DNA from: Octopus sinensis | Taxonomy: Eukaryota | Assembly (NCBI RefSeq): GCF_006345805.1 | Contig: NC_043018.1 | Coordinates: 2,356,001-2,420,000 of the forward strand | DNA: 64,000 nt | Direction of reading: 5' to 3' | Shown: piece after piece, positions 1-13,310 of the stretch | How positions within the stretch are numbered: the stretch's first letter is position 1 | Layout: each line of letters begins with the position of its first letter | Program-made: the position numbers and the translations under genes | Notes under the pieces: generated by a model | What the model saw: the letters and a program-made list of their open reading frames with translations, nothing else | Told to the model about the DNA's origin: nothing | Databases searched by the model: none

Positions 1-100
1 CGTTGGCCTGGAGCTATAGCAGAATGTACTTGCTCAAGGTGTCACAGAGTGGGACCGAACATAAAATATACGGTTGCGAAACAAACTTCTTACCACACAG
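1..100 (-). mobile_element. SINE family I head fragment (tRNA-derived)
   Basis: Degenerate match to 8405-8513 (gctatagcagaa...caaggtgtcacagagtgggaccgaac...accacacagc). Confidence 0.6.
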
Positions 101-1114
101 CAAATTTCAAAAATAAATTTATTGAACGAGGTAAAGAATTTGAGCAGAAAAAAAAATCTGCGTCGGCGGGATCTGAACTCACAAAAGAAAACCCAATACC
201 TGAATCCACCTACATATTTTCGCATAACAAAATAAATGAAAGAATAAACTAGAATAAAGCCTCCATCGATTCTTCCCAAACATTTTGAATGTCGCAATTG
301 AATAAAAAATAAAAGACACGTCTCTCTTGTGCTATTGTCTACTGCATAGTTTCTACGTTCTACAAGATCGATAAAGCCATTTATGGTAGGCAGGTGACAT
401 CGATGTCACCACACAGTAAAGATTATTGGTGTCGTATCGAAAGAGATTAAAATATCTGCTGTTATCAACAGTGTAATAGGTATTGGCGTAATGACGCAAG
501 AATAATGAAGATGATGATGATGATGATGTTGATGGTTGTGGTAGTGATGGTGATGATGATGTTGGTAGTGGTGGTGGTAGTTGTGATAATGATGATGTGA
601 TGATTATGTTGATGATTATGATGAAAATGATGATAGCGACAATGGGGATGATGAGCAGGAGGCGAATTATCTTTCATTTATTAGTCTCACGGGCTCCGGA
701 CATTCATGGAAAACACTTTGTACTGAGTGATTAAAACCCGAAAATTCCTAGCGTGAACACAGACATTAAACTGGGAAAAAGGCAAATGCGCAAAACAAAT
801 AATAAAGTGAAGAATATATGTGTGTGTATATATATATATATATATAACACACAAATGTGCATATATATGTATGATGTATGTATGTATGTATGTATGTATG
901 TATGTATGTATGTATGTATGTATGTATGTATGTATAAAAGTTAACGTTCAATGTTTGTGATAAAGGGGTGGAATAATCACTGAGGTAGGAGACCTGCCTC
1001 GAAACCAAGCAGAATTTAACGGTTTACTCTTTCAAACATTACAGTTTTGCGATCTGCCCCTTCTGCCATTCATTTAATTTGCTTGAGAGTAGATTCCATA
1101 TTGCTTGAAGGTAG

Positions 1115-1151
<37 letters not shown>

Positions 1152-1202
1152 CTCTCTGTCACCATATTACACTTTAAATACTTGATATAAAACGCGGCAA
1201 TC

Positions 1203-1790
1203 TGGCGGTAACGTTAGAACGTCGGGCGAAATGCTTAGCGGTATTTCGTCTGCCGTTACGTTCTGAGTTCAAGTTCCGCCGAGGTCGACTTTGCCTTTCA
1301 TCCTTTCGGGGTCGATAAATTAAGTACCAGTTAAGCACTGGTGTCGATATAATCGACTTAATCCGTTTGTCTGTCCTTGTTTGAGCCCTCTGTGTTCAGC
1401 CCCTTGTGGGTAGTAAAGAAATAGGTATTTCGACTGGTACTACATTCTGAGTTCAAATTCCGCAGTGGTCGACTTTGCCTTTCATCCTTTCGGGGTCGAT
1501 AAATTAAGTACCAGTTACGCACTGGGGTCGATATAATCGACTTAATCAGTTTGTCTGTCCTTGTTTGTCCTCTCTGTGTTTAGCCCCTTGCAGGTAGTAA
1601 AGAAATAGATATTTTGTCTGTCTTTACGTTCTGAGTTCATATTCCGTCGAGGTCGACTTTATCTTCATATATTTCAGGATCGATAAGTTAAGTACCACTT
1701 GCGTTGCTGGGGTCGATCTAATCGACTTCCGACCCCCCCCCACAATATTTCGGGCTTTGTGCCTAGAGTAAAAAAGAATAATATTTGTCA
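1203..1790 (+). mobile_element. SINE family III with an internal unit repeated three times in tandem (184-bp period)
   Basis: ttctgagttca...gtcgactttgcctttcatcctttcggggtcgataaattaagtacca recurs at 1261, 1445 and 1629. Same family as 2327-2551 and 22455-22640. Confidence 0.8.
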
Positions 1791-2326
1791 TAGACGTGAG
1801 TTCATTTTTTTTTCTGTATTTTTCAATTTGATTACTGTGAAGCTTATTTCTATACAGATACACATTGTCGGAGCGAAGACCAAGAGTTGGGTATGACAGT
1901 GTTTCTAAGGGTATCTGCCAAAAACGTGTCTCCCTACACGCTGTAATGTCTAATGGTCATAGCACCATAGATTAGTAAGTTAAAACTATGAATGACTTTC
2001 CGGAGATCAGTCTTCTCTTTAGACCATCTTGAATCAGCGACGTTGGTTAGAATTCTTTGTCTGTTGATATCATCTTCATCAATAACATTCATCGACAGAA
2101 GAAATCAGCGAGGAATTTCAGGAATTTTCGTGTCCGAAAATCGCCGGTCCTCATCGTTGCCATTAACGTTCTATACGGGCCAACGTGGATGTTTCATCGA
2201 TCGCATTGGCAATTCGTAGGTAACTGTGCGTCTACTAACATATTCCAGAAAGAAAACGTACATTTTCGATAATATATAAAACATGGCTGCATCTTTCTCG
2301 ATGATATGAGATGAAGTATAGCGTTG

Positions 2327-2551
2327 CTAGCTGGCAGAGACGTTAGCACGCCGATCGAAATGTCTAGCGGTATTTTGTCTGCCGTTACGTTCTGAGTTCA
2401 AATCCCGCCGAGCTCGACTTTGTCTTTCATTATTTCGGGGTCGATAAATTAAGTACCAGTTACGCACTGGGATCGATCTAACCGACTTAATCCCTTTGCT
2501 TGCCCTTGTTTGTCCCCTCTGTGTTTAGCTCCTGGTGGGCAATAAAGATAT
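2327..2551 (+). mobile_element. SINE family III copy with 16-bp target-site duplication
   Basis: Homologous to the 1203-1440 unit. Flanked by atgaagtatagcgttg at 2311-2326 and 2552-2567. Confidence 0.85.
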
Positions 2552-3029
2552 ATGAAGTATAGCGTTGGTCACTAAAAGAAACGGCACTTACACCCGTTAT
2601 AAGAATTTCTAGAGATGTAGCAGTCCGAATGCGCATTATCAACTGGGCCCCACATTAACATAGTAGCAATGAATCGTGACTCTCAAATAGAATCCCGTTT
2701 CATACAAAAGACGGAAATGAGTACTGACCACATGGAATCTAAATTGCAGGTCACATTTCGATGTTGCTAATTCAATCCTGCACCCGACATTCCTCTGCAA
2801 GGTTGATTACCACTCTGCTTACCGTGCTCTTTCTAACTAACTCTATCAAATAAATAAGTGATGTTATACCGAATTACATTTAACAGATAACAAATCAATT
2901 GAGAACAGGTACTGCTGATGGTGGCGTGACCAACACGTACTCCTTTAGCTTGTCTCTCATCACCTTCAGTTACGTACGATTCAATGATTCACCGGTCATC
3001 TCTGTATGATGACTTGCATCTCCTTTATG

Positions 3030-3819
3030 ATACTTTCAAAAGTTTCCTCATGGGCGCCTCCAGTTGCGGCAATATTAGTGGATGACATCAACACTGAACC
3101 ACCAAACAGACACCATTAGCTTTTTTGGTGAGTATCCTATTGAGATTGGGGTCTGGCATATAGTCTCTATCCAACCACTTGCTATTGTTGAAAATAATCC
3201 ATTCTTCATCACACGTAACAATACGATGGTTCGCATTTATGCCATGACAGCAAAGAACAGCAAGAGTCAAGACGACGTGTCATTTGATGCTCGTTCAGTT
3301 CATGTGGTACCCACATGTCCAGCTTCTTTATCTTGCTGATTTATTTCAGATGGTCTAATACAGTTGGAATCGAAACATTGAATCAGGTGTAGTTTGCGAT
3401 GTATCCGCTTCCACTACAGTTTCCAACTCATCATTATCCACCTTGGCCTCAAGTCTACCATGGGGCTGATTTGCTTGAGAAAAGTCATCAGACCGAAACT
3501 TCTGAAATCATTGACGTACAGTGCGCTCATTAGCCACATCGTCACCAAACGCCTCATTGGTAATTTGAATTGTCCGGGACGCATTGGTTCCACGACAGAA
3601 CTCATAGTCATACACAACTCGAATTTTTTGTTCTATCCGTGATTTCAAAAACATTAATTTACATACAAAAAATTTACATACATTATAACCAGACACCATG
3701 AATTGCATTGCGAAAAGTGACGACGTAACTCTTCGACATTGTAAAAACAAAGGATTGTCAGGATAAAACATTAGAGTTGACGACTGCATAAGCAAATCGG
3801 AATTTTCATTCTTAATGAC

Positions 3820-3822
<3 letters not shown>
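3030..3822 (-). mobile_element. Mariner transposon remnant (5' half, frameshifted transposase)
   Basis: Minus-strand frames give KIRVVYDYEFCRGTNASRT...ERTVRQ (HTH region), WVPHELNEH and RIVTCDEEWI. TIR-like end at ~3795-3822. Confidence 0.9.
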
Positions 3823-3858
<36 letters not shown>

Positions 3859-3998
3859 GCACAAACAACACACACACATCACACACACATATACACATTT
3901 ATGAATTTGTATTGCAAGATACATAAATAGAAAGATAGATACGTACATACATATGCATATATATATATATATATATAAACATGCACACAGACACACAG

Positions 3999-4039
<41 letters not shown>

Positions 4040-4805
4040 CATACATATATATATATATACATATACATACATATATATACATGTATATTCATAAAACATA
4101 CAAGATATTTTATTAATCTACCGACATTTATTCAGCCTAAAACTTGACGTATTAACATATGAAATTAACGCAGTGGTTTTAATATGCAATAAATTGGAGA
4201 ACGATGTTTCGGTCTATTGGAATGCCTCATCAGTTTGGCAGGGTATATAATTTTCTGCTTACTCAATCGGTGAATATTTATGCATATAAAGAAACAAGTG
4301 CTAATGAAGCTGTGACAGATATGAACTGCTTTATTTAACAACGTAAACAGCAGCGGGAAGTAACTCAAATGTGTTCAGCAGAATGATATGCAACAATATA
4401 AATTCATAATTGAAATTTTCATCTTTATGGGATAATGAAAATATGTAATATTTCAAAAGTAGTTTTGTGACTTCGGTGAGAGTCAGTGGCAATGAATGTA
4501 TGTGTGTGTATGTGTGTGTATGTGTGTGTATGTGTGTATGTGTATGTATGTGTATTTATGTGTGTATGTATGCACGTACGTATGTATGTATATATGTATG
4601 CATGTGTCTATGTATATATGTATGTGTATATATCTGCGTATGTATATATACATGTTTGTATGTGTGTGTATGCCTGTGTGTGTATGTATGTATGGACGTA
4701 TGTATGCTTGTATGTGTGCATGTATGTATATATATATATGTATGTATACATGTATGTATGCATGTACGTTATATCTATCTATCAATATCTCTCTCACTCT
4801 CTCTA

Positions 4806-4864
<59 letters not shown>

Positions 4865-4894
4865 TTACCTAACTATTTATCTGTCTGTCTATCC

Positions 4895-5570
4895 ATCTAT
4901 GGACTATGAGCAGAGATTCCTGGCCAGCCACTGCTATCGGGAAGTATTGCCCGTTCGGGATAAGCTCAACAGGGAGGGTTCGAGATACACCGAACTGACT
5001 TGCCCGAGATGCGGTCAGAGCGACGAAACCATTCCGCACGCACTCGTACAGTGTCCAACCATTTCGGACCTGTGGGCTTATGCCGAACGGCTGCTGTCAC
5101 GTGTGCGACAAATTCGGTTGTCGGCAAGTCTATCGTGAAAATTGCTCTGCCACCTTCCCTTAACCGGGAAGGTAAGGCAGTCTTCATCGTACTGGTGGCC
5201 ATGGAGAAGAAATGTGTGTGGTGGGCCTGAGCGAAAGGATTAGAGACAAACACTTACCTCTCTGGCCAATCGCTCATCAACTTTTCCAAACACAACTTGA
5301 AATGGAAGGTAAGAATAGAGAGCCAAGTTTTTTCTCATGAAAGATTCCATAAAAGGTAGGTGAATGTAGCAAAATGGTAGGCGCAAATGACGAATCCACT
5401 TTGAACAGGATCCTATAAATCGAAAAAAGGGAGAGAGAGCACTTTGCTCTCATGTAATTTTTCCCACCCTGCTTGATGTTAACGTGGTCTTTTTGTAGGA
5501 TTTTCTTTCTACGGATAAACCTAATCATTTTTTATTTTTTTTACATTTTTAATCTGTTCTGGGATACACG
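4895..5570 (+). mobile_element. L1/Tx1-clade LINE 3' end (zf-RVT-type zinc knuckle), with stops
   Basis: EVLPVRDKL...CPRCGQSDETIPHALVQCP...LWAY is the C-terminal CCHC motif of L1/Tx1 ORF2. The reading frame is disrupted downstream. Confidence 0.75.
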
Positions 5571-5699
5571 AACCCATTTAATCGGAATTTTTTCCTCCTT
5601 TTCTTTCTATTATCTTCTTTTTTGTCTTTCGAATAGAAAAGCTCTACATTGCATTTTGTCCCCCTTGTTTTGGCACTGTGTGCCTAAGAAAGAAAGATA

Positions 5700-5702
5700 T
5701 CA

Positions 5703-5770
<68 letters not shown>

Positions 5771-5967
5771 AATCTATCTATCTATCTGTTTTTCTTTTTA
5801 TTTGTCTGTCTGTTTCTCTCTCTCTCTATCTATCTATCAATCTATCTACCTATCTATTTCTCTATTTATGTGTGTATGTATGTATGTATCTATCTATCTA
5901 ACTATCTATCTATTTAACAACCAATGTATCAATTTGTATGTCAGTTTATTCTCAATTTATATATATA

Positions 5968-5999
<32 letters not shown>

Positions 6000-6617
6000 G
6001 TGTAATATATATATATATATATACATACATACACACTTGCACACACACACTTATACATATATTTAACAATGCATTTATAGTTATGTATGTGTGTTTTTAA
6101 AGCGTATAGAATTTTGTGCGATGGTTTTGTGGTTGCCAAAATATGAGAAGGAAAAGTGAAAAATGTAGGTCAGAGTGAAAGGGAATAATAGTGTATGTAT
6201 ATTTATATGTTTCTTGTATGTGTGTGTGTGTGTGTTTGTACGTGTGTGTATATACACCTGTGTGTGCGCGCACGTGTACATACACACGCAATTACTTGAT
6301 TACGTCATGCGAGGGGTTTTATTGCATAGTTACGTGAAAATTTGCGTTTATTGCCTACTTTGTCTCCTGTATATTACTCTACTTATAAACGACTGGGAAT
6401 AATGAAGGCACATTTCTAAACACACACACACACACACGCGCACACACACACACACACATACACACACACACACATAGTGACATTCACTTACAGTCACACA
6501 AACACGGAAACATAAACGTGTGCATATATATATGCACACGTATATAGGTATATATATATATATATATACCTATATACGCACACATATATAGGTATATATA
6601 TATATACCTATATATGG

Positions 6618-6702
<85 letters not shown>

Positions 6703-6832
6703 TATACACACATATACTAGCTGGCACATATTTCCACAGCAACCCACCGGCACATACACAGGCATATGTACTACACGTGTGTACATATACATATATTCAT
6801 ACATACATATGCATATATATATATATATATAC

Positions 6833-6865
<33 letters not shown>

Positions 6866-7130
6866 TGACAGAGAGAAAGAGATAGATACATAGATAGATA
6901 TACACCTTATGTCAGTATATGAGCTTATGTGCATGTATATATGTGAGTGTGTGTGTGTATGCATGTGTGTGTACCTACATTTACTACGAACACATACATT
7001 TCTAAGCATATATATGTATATGCATAAGTGCATACATACACAAATGCATACATCCATCCATACGTACATATATATTTATACATACATGCATACATACATA
7101 TCTATATGTTGACGAAGAAATAGATCTTGA
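5700..7130. repeat. Compound microsatellite block (TCTA, TA, CA, GA)
   Basis: Directly visible tandem 2-4-mers. Similar blocks occur at 4500-4890, 9480-10080, 17230-17630, 19280-19900, 27470-28700, 29300-29520, 30500-31050, 39255-39570, 42370-42740, 50930-51250 and 60240-60460. Confidence 0.95.
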
Positions 7131-8094
7131 TATAGATATATGTATGAACTGCACATACCTCCATAAACAGACACTGTTCTTGCCAGACATATTTATAGCT
7201 TATTAACGTCAGGTATAATTATTTTTAACGTAGTGGTATCATTAAATATATATTGATTATATTTTTTCAACTTCGTTGGTCGAGTTATATATGTACCTAC
7301 AAGAAATTTGCAAGAATATGATAATATACACTCTGTACGTAAGTCATCAACATAAACCTAGGGGCCCTTTCAACATCGCTGAATTTATGGGATCAGAAAT
7401 TAGGAGATACTCTATATGTCGTGCAAAAATCAAATTTTCAACGTGTAAGATCACAATGATGCACATCTGATAGTCAGCCATAATCTTTACGATCTATAAT
7501 AAAGATTATTGCTTCTACGAAGAATCTGGTCTTTTTTTTTTAGGAGATGCAGTGTACCCGTCCTTGTGTCTCATCATGTGTGTATCTAAAGCTAAACATA
7601 TGATTTGAAAGAGATTTTGTACCCCTGTCTCAGTTTCAGTGGGTGATATATATAGCTGACATTATTATTTCAATACTTATTTTGCATATAAGTTTCGTAG
7701 CTGCTATATCATAATATAAAATATGAGTGGGTGTATATTATAGAATTTCCTCCTTTCCCCCATCTCTGTACGGGTCTTTACGATTTGCCTTCTCTGTAAA
7801 AATAGAAACGCCATTCCTTGTTGAGGTGAACTTCTGACATAAAAATTAAAAGAAAAAAATGTTAAGAAGGCGAAAGATTTTCGTCAGTGTTCAGAGCAGT
7901 AGTAATACAAGACAGATAAGCAATGGAAAGATAACATTGAACAGTAAAATAGAAGTGAGAACTGCGAAGGAATGATTTGTTTAAAGTGAATTAAAATAAT
8001 TTGAAGGGAAATTCCAATCGGACCCCAAGGTGGTTATTTCTAGCGTAGATTTCGTTGTTGAAGATGTTGGTTCACTGTTTCATTCGCTTACTCT

Positions 8095-8513
8095 TTACTC
8101 TTTTACTCTTTTTACTCTTTTACTTGTTTCAGTCATTTGACTGTGGCCATGATGGAGCAGCGCCTTTAATCGAGCAACTCGACACCGGGACTTATTCTTT
8201 TGTAAGCCCAGTACTTATTCTATCGCTCTATTTTTGCCGAACCGCTAGGTAACGGGGACATAAACACACCAGCATCAGTTGTCAAGCAATGCTAGGGGGA
8301 CAAACACAGACACACACAAACACACACGCATATATATGTATATATATATATATATACGACGGGCTTCTTTCAGTTTCCGTCTACCAAATCCACTCACAAG
8401 GCTTTGGTCGACCTGAGGCTATAGTAGAAGACATTTGCCCAAGGTGCCACACAGTGGGATTGAACCAGGAACCATGTGGCTGGTAAACAAGCTACTTACC
8501 ACACAGCCACTCC
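8095..8513 (-). mobile_element. SINE family I, full length (tRNA head, internal CA/TA microsatellite, (AAGAGTA)n-type tail)
   Basis: The reverse complement starts ggagtggctgtgtggtaag (A box) and contains ggttcaatccc (B box). Matches the + copy at 60985-61645. Confidence 0.85.
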
Positions 8514-8754
8514 TGCGCCTTACGGTTATTATGAAAACAATTCCGTCCAAAATGAGTGAGAAAAACCTCAAAGCAGTGAATAGCGCTTATTTGAATATAG
8601 ACAAGAAGAGTAGCATCAAAAGCGATACAACGTAATTTTTCTATCGGTTACAAATATCTCTGACACTCATCCGTATCCATAAGCACCCTTTTCCGGTATC
8701 TGTCTTGGCGTTCGTACCCCTTCAAAACTGACGCACATTTTTTCCCATGATACT

Positions 8755-8924
8755 ATTTCTTCTTCTTCTTCTTCTTCTTCTTTTTCTTCTTCTTCTTCTT
8801 CTTCTTCTTCTTCTTCTTCTTTTTCTTCTTCTTCTTCTTCTTCTTCTTCTTCCCTCCTCCTCCTCCTCGTATTCCTCCTCCTCCTCCTCCTCACCCCTCC
8901 TCCTCCCTCCTATTTCCCCCCTAT
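8755..8924. repeat. (TTC)n/(TCC)n trinucleotide tract running into the gap
   Basis: Direct read. Confidence 0.95.
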
Positions 8925-9024
8925 NNNNNNNNNNNNNNNNNNNNNNNNNNNNNNNNNNNNNNNNNNNNNNNNNNNNNNNNNNNNNNNNNNNNNNNNNNNN
9001 NNNNNNNNNNNNNNNNNNNNNNNN
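8925..9024. other. Scaffold gap (100 N)
   Basis: Run of n; exactly 100 suggests a gap of unknown size. Confidence 1.
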
Positions 9025-9134
9025 GCAATGACACACTGAAAAAATCCATATAATATATATATATATATATATACCTTTACTTATACATATACCTTTACAT
9101 ATACATATATATACATACATATATACGTACACAG

Positions 9135-9183
<49 letters not shown>

Positions 9184-9503
9184 AAATACAGATTTTTGAC
9201 AATGATATTTAGTCTGTCGATTGGTAGACTGTAATACATTGCTGGGTAACTGAGTAGTGCTGGGAGCCTGGTGTATTTCCTTTGATGTCTCAATTATAAG
9301 CAAGTAGCGACACAAGTTAATAGCTTCATCTATATCTACTGATAATAGATAAGTTGCAGTGACTAGCATGAATAAATTCAATCAGAAATCAATAACCCAC
9401 GTGGGCAAATACCAATACTGAGACTTGTATACACATAAACAAGTGTATAGATACATAGAAGAATCTACAGGTGATACATACATACATACATACATAGATA
9501 CAC

Positions 9504-9534
<31 letters not shown>

Positions 9535-9540
9535 TATATA

Positions 9541-9593
<53 letters not shown>

Positions 9594-9613
9594 TATATAC
9601 ATATATATATTAC

Positions 9614-9652
<39 letters not shown>

Positions 9653-10002
9653 CCTATACATTATACATTCGTATATATATATAATATGTGGATATATGCA
9701 TATGCGCAAGAATTGTTATAGGTAAATGTATGTGCTTCTGTTTATACGTACATGCACAAGTATACGTATCGAAGTATATATATATGCATGTGTATTTCTA
9801 TATACATGCATGTGTGCGTGCATGTATATACATACGTTCATACATGCATGCGCACACATACCTATACAGACACTTAGATATACACGCACATACATTTATG
9901 TGATGTAAATAAAAAACATTGAAAATCACTCATAAAACCACGTCAGCATGGCTGTGCTTGCCAGTGAGGATAGCACCACCAATGGTGAATTTATCATATA
10001 AA

Positions 10003-10065
<63 letters not shown>

Positions 10066-11060
10066 TATGCATATATAGTATGTATAATATGCAAACTTTT
10101 ACTTTCACTTCCCGTCGCTGTAGACCGTATTGTTATGTATGGCGCTATCACCATTTATTTAATGTGATAACAGCTTGGTGTTGGTCGTTTCTACCTGGAG
10201 ATTATGTGTTGTGTTTAATAAATCATTAACATGTTTTTTTTTTTCACTAAAAAAGAAATTTGATTTAATAAAATAAATATGTGCCTCGACACGTCATTTT
10301 AATTAAGATATTATGTTGCGGAAGGACAATGGAAAACATAAGGAAGAAGGGGCGTGGAAAGGAATATGTTGTAAAAATAACGTGTGATGTAAACTGGATG
10401 AGATTAAAGGGGAGTGGACATGGTCCTGAATGCGTATTGAAAGCAGAAAGGTGAAGATCAGTTACATAATTGGTAAACATAGAGTTCGTTCTCTGTAATA
10501 ACTTTCTTTAATAAAATCCGCAGCTCGGAGATTATGGAGACTCAATGTGGCGTCAGTTCCTCACACTGAGATGTCATAACTCCACGACTGCGGACATGTA
10601 CCTGGAATGTCACTATAAAATATCTCAGATCTGATCCTTCAAGTTAAACCAACTGGAAGAGACCTCGCACAGTATACAAAGAGCTAGACGGTTGCATTAG
10701 ATCCTTGGTGTTAGATTTTGACGCTTGGCAAACCATCGGGGTACACGCATGACTGTGCTTCTAATACAACCTTGTGAATGAGTTATCTTAAGACTTTGAC
10801 CTCGCTATTCTCCGTGGAATTAAAGGCAGTGAAAATTTATGGATTGAAATTATTGAGTCCAAATGTTTCATTAAAAATTTCTGTAACTAAGATAGTTACC
10901 CTGGATTTCCATGTCACTTATCCTAATGTTTGCTGTCATTCCATGAACAAAGAGATCCACCTGTATCCTACATAAGATATCAGTTGTCTTTGCAGCAAAC
11001 TGAGAAATGCATATATATGTATATATATATATATGTGGTGTGGTGTGTGTGTGTGTGTGT

Positions 11061-11353
11061 GGAGGCGCAATGGCCCAGTGGTTAGAGCAGCGGATTCGCG
11101 GTCTTAGGATTGCGGTTTCGATTCCCAGACCGGGCGTTGTGAGTGCTTATTGAGCGAAAACACCTAAATCTCCATGAGGCTCCGGCAGGGGATGGTGGTG
11201 ATCCCTTCTGTACTCTTTCGCCACAACTTTCTCTCACTCTTTCTTCTGTTGGCCTGCTCGCCTAGCCAGCGGGGTGGCGTCATTTGGAGGCTAAAACAAT
11301 GCGAAGCGCATTGTGACCAGCGATGTGTAGCAACATCCAATGGCCTGGTCGGT

Positions 11354-11360
<7 letters not shown>
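11061..11360 (+). mobile_element. SINE family II, full length (tRNA-like head)
   Basis: Head ggaggcgcaatggcccagtggttagagc...ggtttcgattccc. The tail ggctaaaacaatgcgaagcgcattgtgaccagcgatg...ggtcacgtgata recurs at 15688-15740 (+) and 23075-23200 (-). Confidence 0.85.
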
Positions 11361-11386
<26 letters not shown>

Positions 11387-11731
11387 GATATAATATATTA
11401 TATATATATGATGTATATCCCGAGTCAGGAGAGCTGGTATTAGACACAAAATATGATACTTGGATAATATCCTTACTCTCTTAGGAATCTCGTGCGTCCA
11501 AGGATGAATTATTCAAACTCAACAGAAACCTGCTCAATAGATGGCTTTGACATTCCACCACATCTCATGTTGTACATATGCTACTAAAGAGTTAAGCTAA
11601 AGCAACTGACAAGCAATTTTGTGGTACTGGGCAGAATATTTGCTGTAGGCCATTTTTTGTACAGCAGAACGTAATATGTAAATATTCGCACGTTGATTCA
11701 GTTAAGGAACTGTCTAGCATTGCATCATGGC

Positions 11732-12569
11732 ATTATTATTATCATTCAGGAGTTTTATTTTTATAGCGTGGTTTCACTTCACTACCGAGCGCAGCTCTCT
11801 TTGCTTTTAGGTATGTGCTGTGGTTTGCTGTGATGCTCTTATGGTTACTGTATTGAAAGTGTTTTGCGTAGGATATGTGCAGTGCCCAGTAGTGCAATTT
11901 TCTGTATGATATACTAGCAGTATCACCCGGTGCTGCTTGGGTTTGTTTCGACCGTTTAGAATTGGAATTTTTGAAAAGTAAAAATTTTGCATTATGCAAC
12001 TTGTTATTTTGTTCAAGTGAACATATTTCCAGTTGAAATACACCGAATTTTGCACTTGCGAGATGAATTTCTGAACAGAAATAGCGTAGTTCAATTTTCA
12101 TTCGCCTAAACTTTAAGTGACCTATTTTTGGTGGTTCTACGATTTGTTGGCTAGAGGGAGATGTGCCAGGAAGTTAAACACACAGACACACATACAGATA
12201 CACACACAGACACACAAGTTGAGTTTTATATATATAGATGTGTTTCTAAGTCCTGGTGTTTTTGTTATGTATTTGTCTGAATATTTCTTTATCATGCCTA
12301 ATTGCACCTACTATGATAGGAATTGTTTCTGCTTTTGGATTCCACATTCTGGTTACCTCTATTTCCAGGTCTTTGTATTTTGAAAGTTTCTCCATTTGCC
12401 ATCTGCTGGTATTGATACATTAATTAGAAAGCATTTTTTTCTTCTTGATCTCTGACAACTATATCTGGCCTGTTGGCATTAATTTCTCTATCTGTGTGTA
12501 TTGGCATATCCCAGAGTATCGTTGCTTCCTAGTTTTCTGTGACCTTTTCTGGTGTGTGCCTATACCATC

Positions 12570-12572
<3 letters not shown>
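11732..12572 (-). mobile_element. R4/Dong-clade LINE 3' end (copy C), split by a Helitron
   Basis: RWYRHTPEKVTEN..TILWDMPIHTDREINANRPDIVVRD...KYKDLEIEVTRMW (12239-12572) continues as IQKIALLGTAHILRKTLSIQ* plus UTR and TAA tail (11732-11913). This is the restriction-like endonuclease domain. Confidence 0.85.
11914..12238 (-). mobile_element. Non-autonomous Helitron (325 bp)
   Basis: The minus strand starts TCTATATATATAAA and ends with a CCC..GGG hairpin followed by CTAG. It is inserted between A and T with no TSD, and the flanks rejoin the LINE frame. Confidence 0.8.
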
Positions 12573-12601
<29 letters not shown>

Positions 12602-12647
12602 CATTATTATTATTATTATTATTATAATTAACATTATCATTATCATT
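12571..12647. repeat. (TTA)n tract between R4/Dong copies
   Basis: Direct read. Confidence 0.95.
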
Positions 12648-13310
12648 TCTCTTTATAACGGGTTTTGTTGGAACGCCTGCAGTCTGACATGCGTAGCCGT
12701 CTAGCTATCCGCAGCCTACAGTACCATGCTCTTTGTTCTTTTCAGGTACTTAATACTTTCCTGATTATTCTGTCCGTGCCAAGGAGGCAAATCTTTTGTA
12801 ACTGTTATACTGGGCACTCTATTGCAATTCCCTTTATATTCCTCTTTATTCCTTCTGCTACTGTTCCCAAAGACACAACAATAATTGACACTATGTTCAC
12901 CTTCTTCATTTTCCATAGCCGGGCGATTTCGTACTTAAGAGGGTTGTATCTATCTATCTTTTTGCCTTCCTTCTTGACTATTCGTGGGTCAAAGGGACAT
13001 GCATCATCAACTATATAGCATCGATGGTGCACCTATGTCCACCACCACGAGGTCCGATCTGTTATGCTCTGGCACCTGATCTGTTTGTTTTGGGAAATCC
13101 TAGAGGATTTTGCGAGTCTCCGATTCCACCACACTCTGCGGTTTGTGATCATACCACGTCTTGCATCTCACTAGCCACCACTTTTCGCACAGTTTCCAAT
13201 GTAGCACTTTCGCTATCCGATGGTGTCGCCACACCATGTAATGGTTTTGGGGCAAGTCAAGAGCATTTTGTCGTGATATGGTCAAAGCCAGAAACACTCA
13301 CTCTTTCCTA
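12648..13310 (-). mobile_element. R4/Dong-clade LINE 3' end (copy B)
   Basis: DHITTKC..RHHRIAKVLHWKLCEKW..WYDHKPQSVVES, then IVDDACPFDPRIVKKEGKKIDRY..EIARLWKMKKV..SLG and QLQKICLLGTDRIIRKVLST* (stop at 12742). 3' UTR ends in a TAA tail. Confidence 0.85.

Noticed and set aside
1880-2230. Possible mariner remnant (IDEDDIN) on the minus strand
   Set aside because: Only one weak motif; no WVPHEL or TIR could be confirmed.
8722-9381. 219-aa ORF and Glu/Arg-rich ORFs around the gap
   Set aside because: They span the N gap and simple repeats.
11061-11135. tRNA-like sequences at SINE starts (also 60985-61050)
   Set aside because: They continue into SINE bodies and do not close a proper cloverleaf, so they are not tRNA genes.
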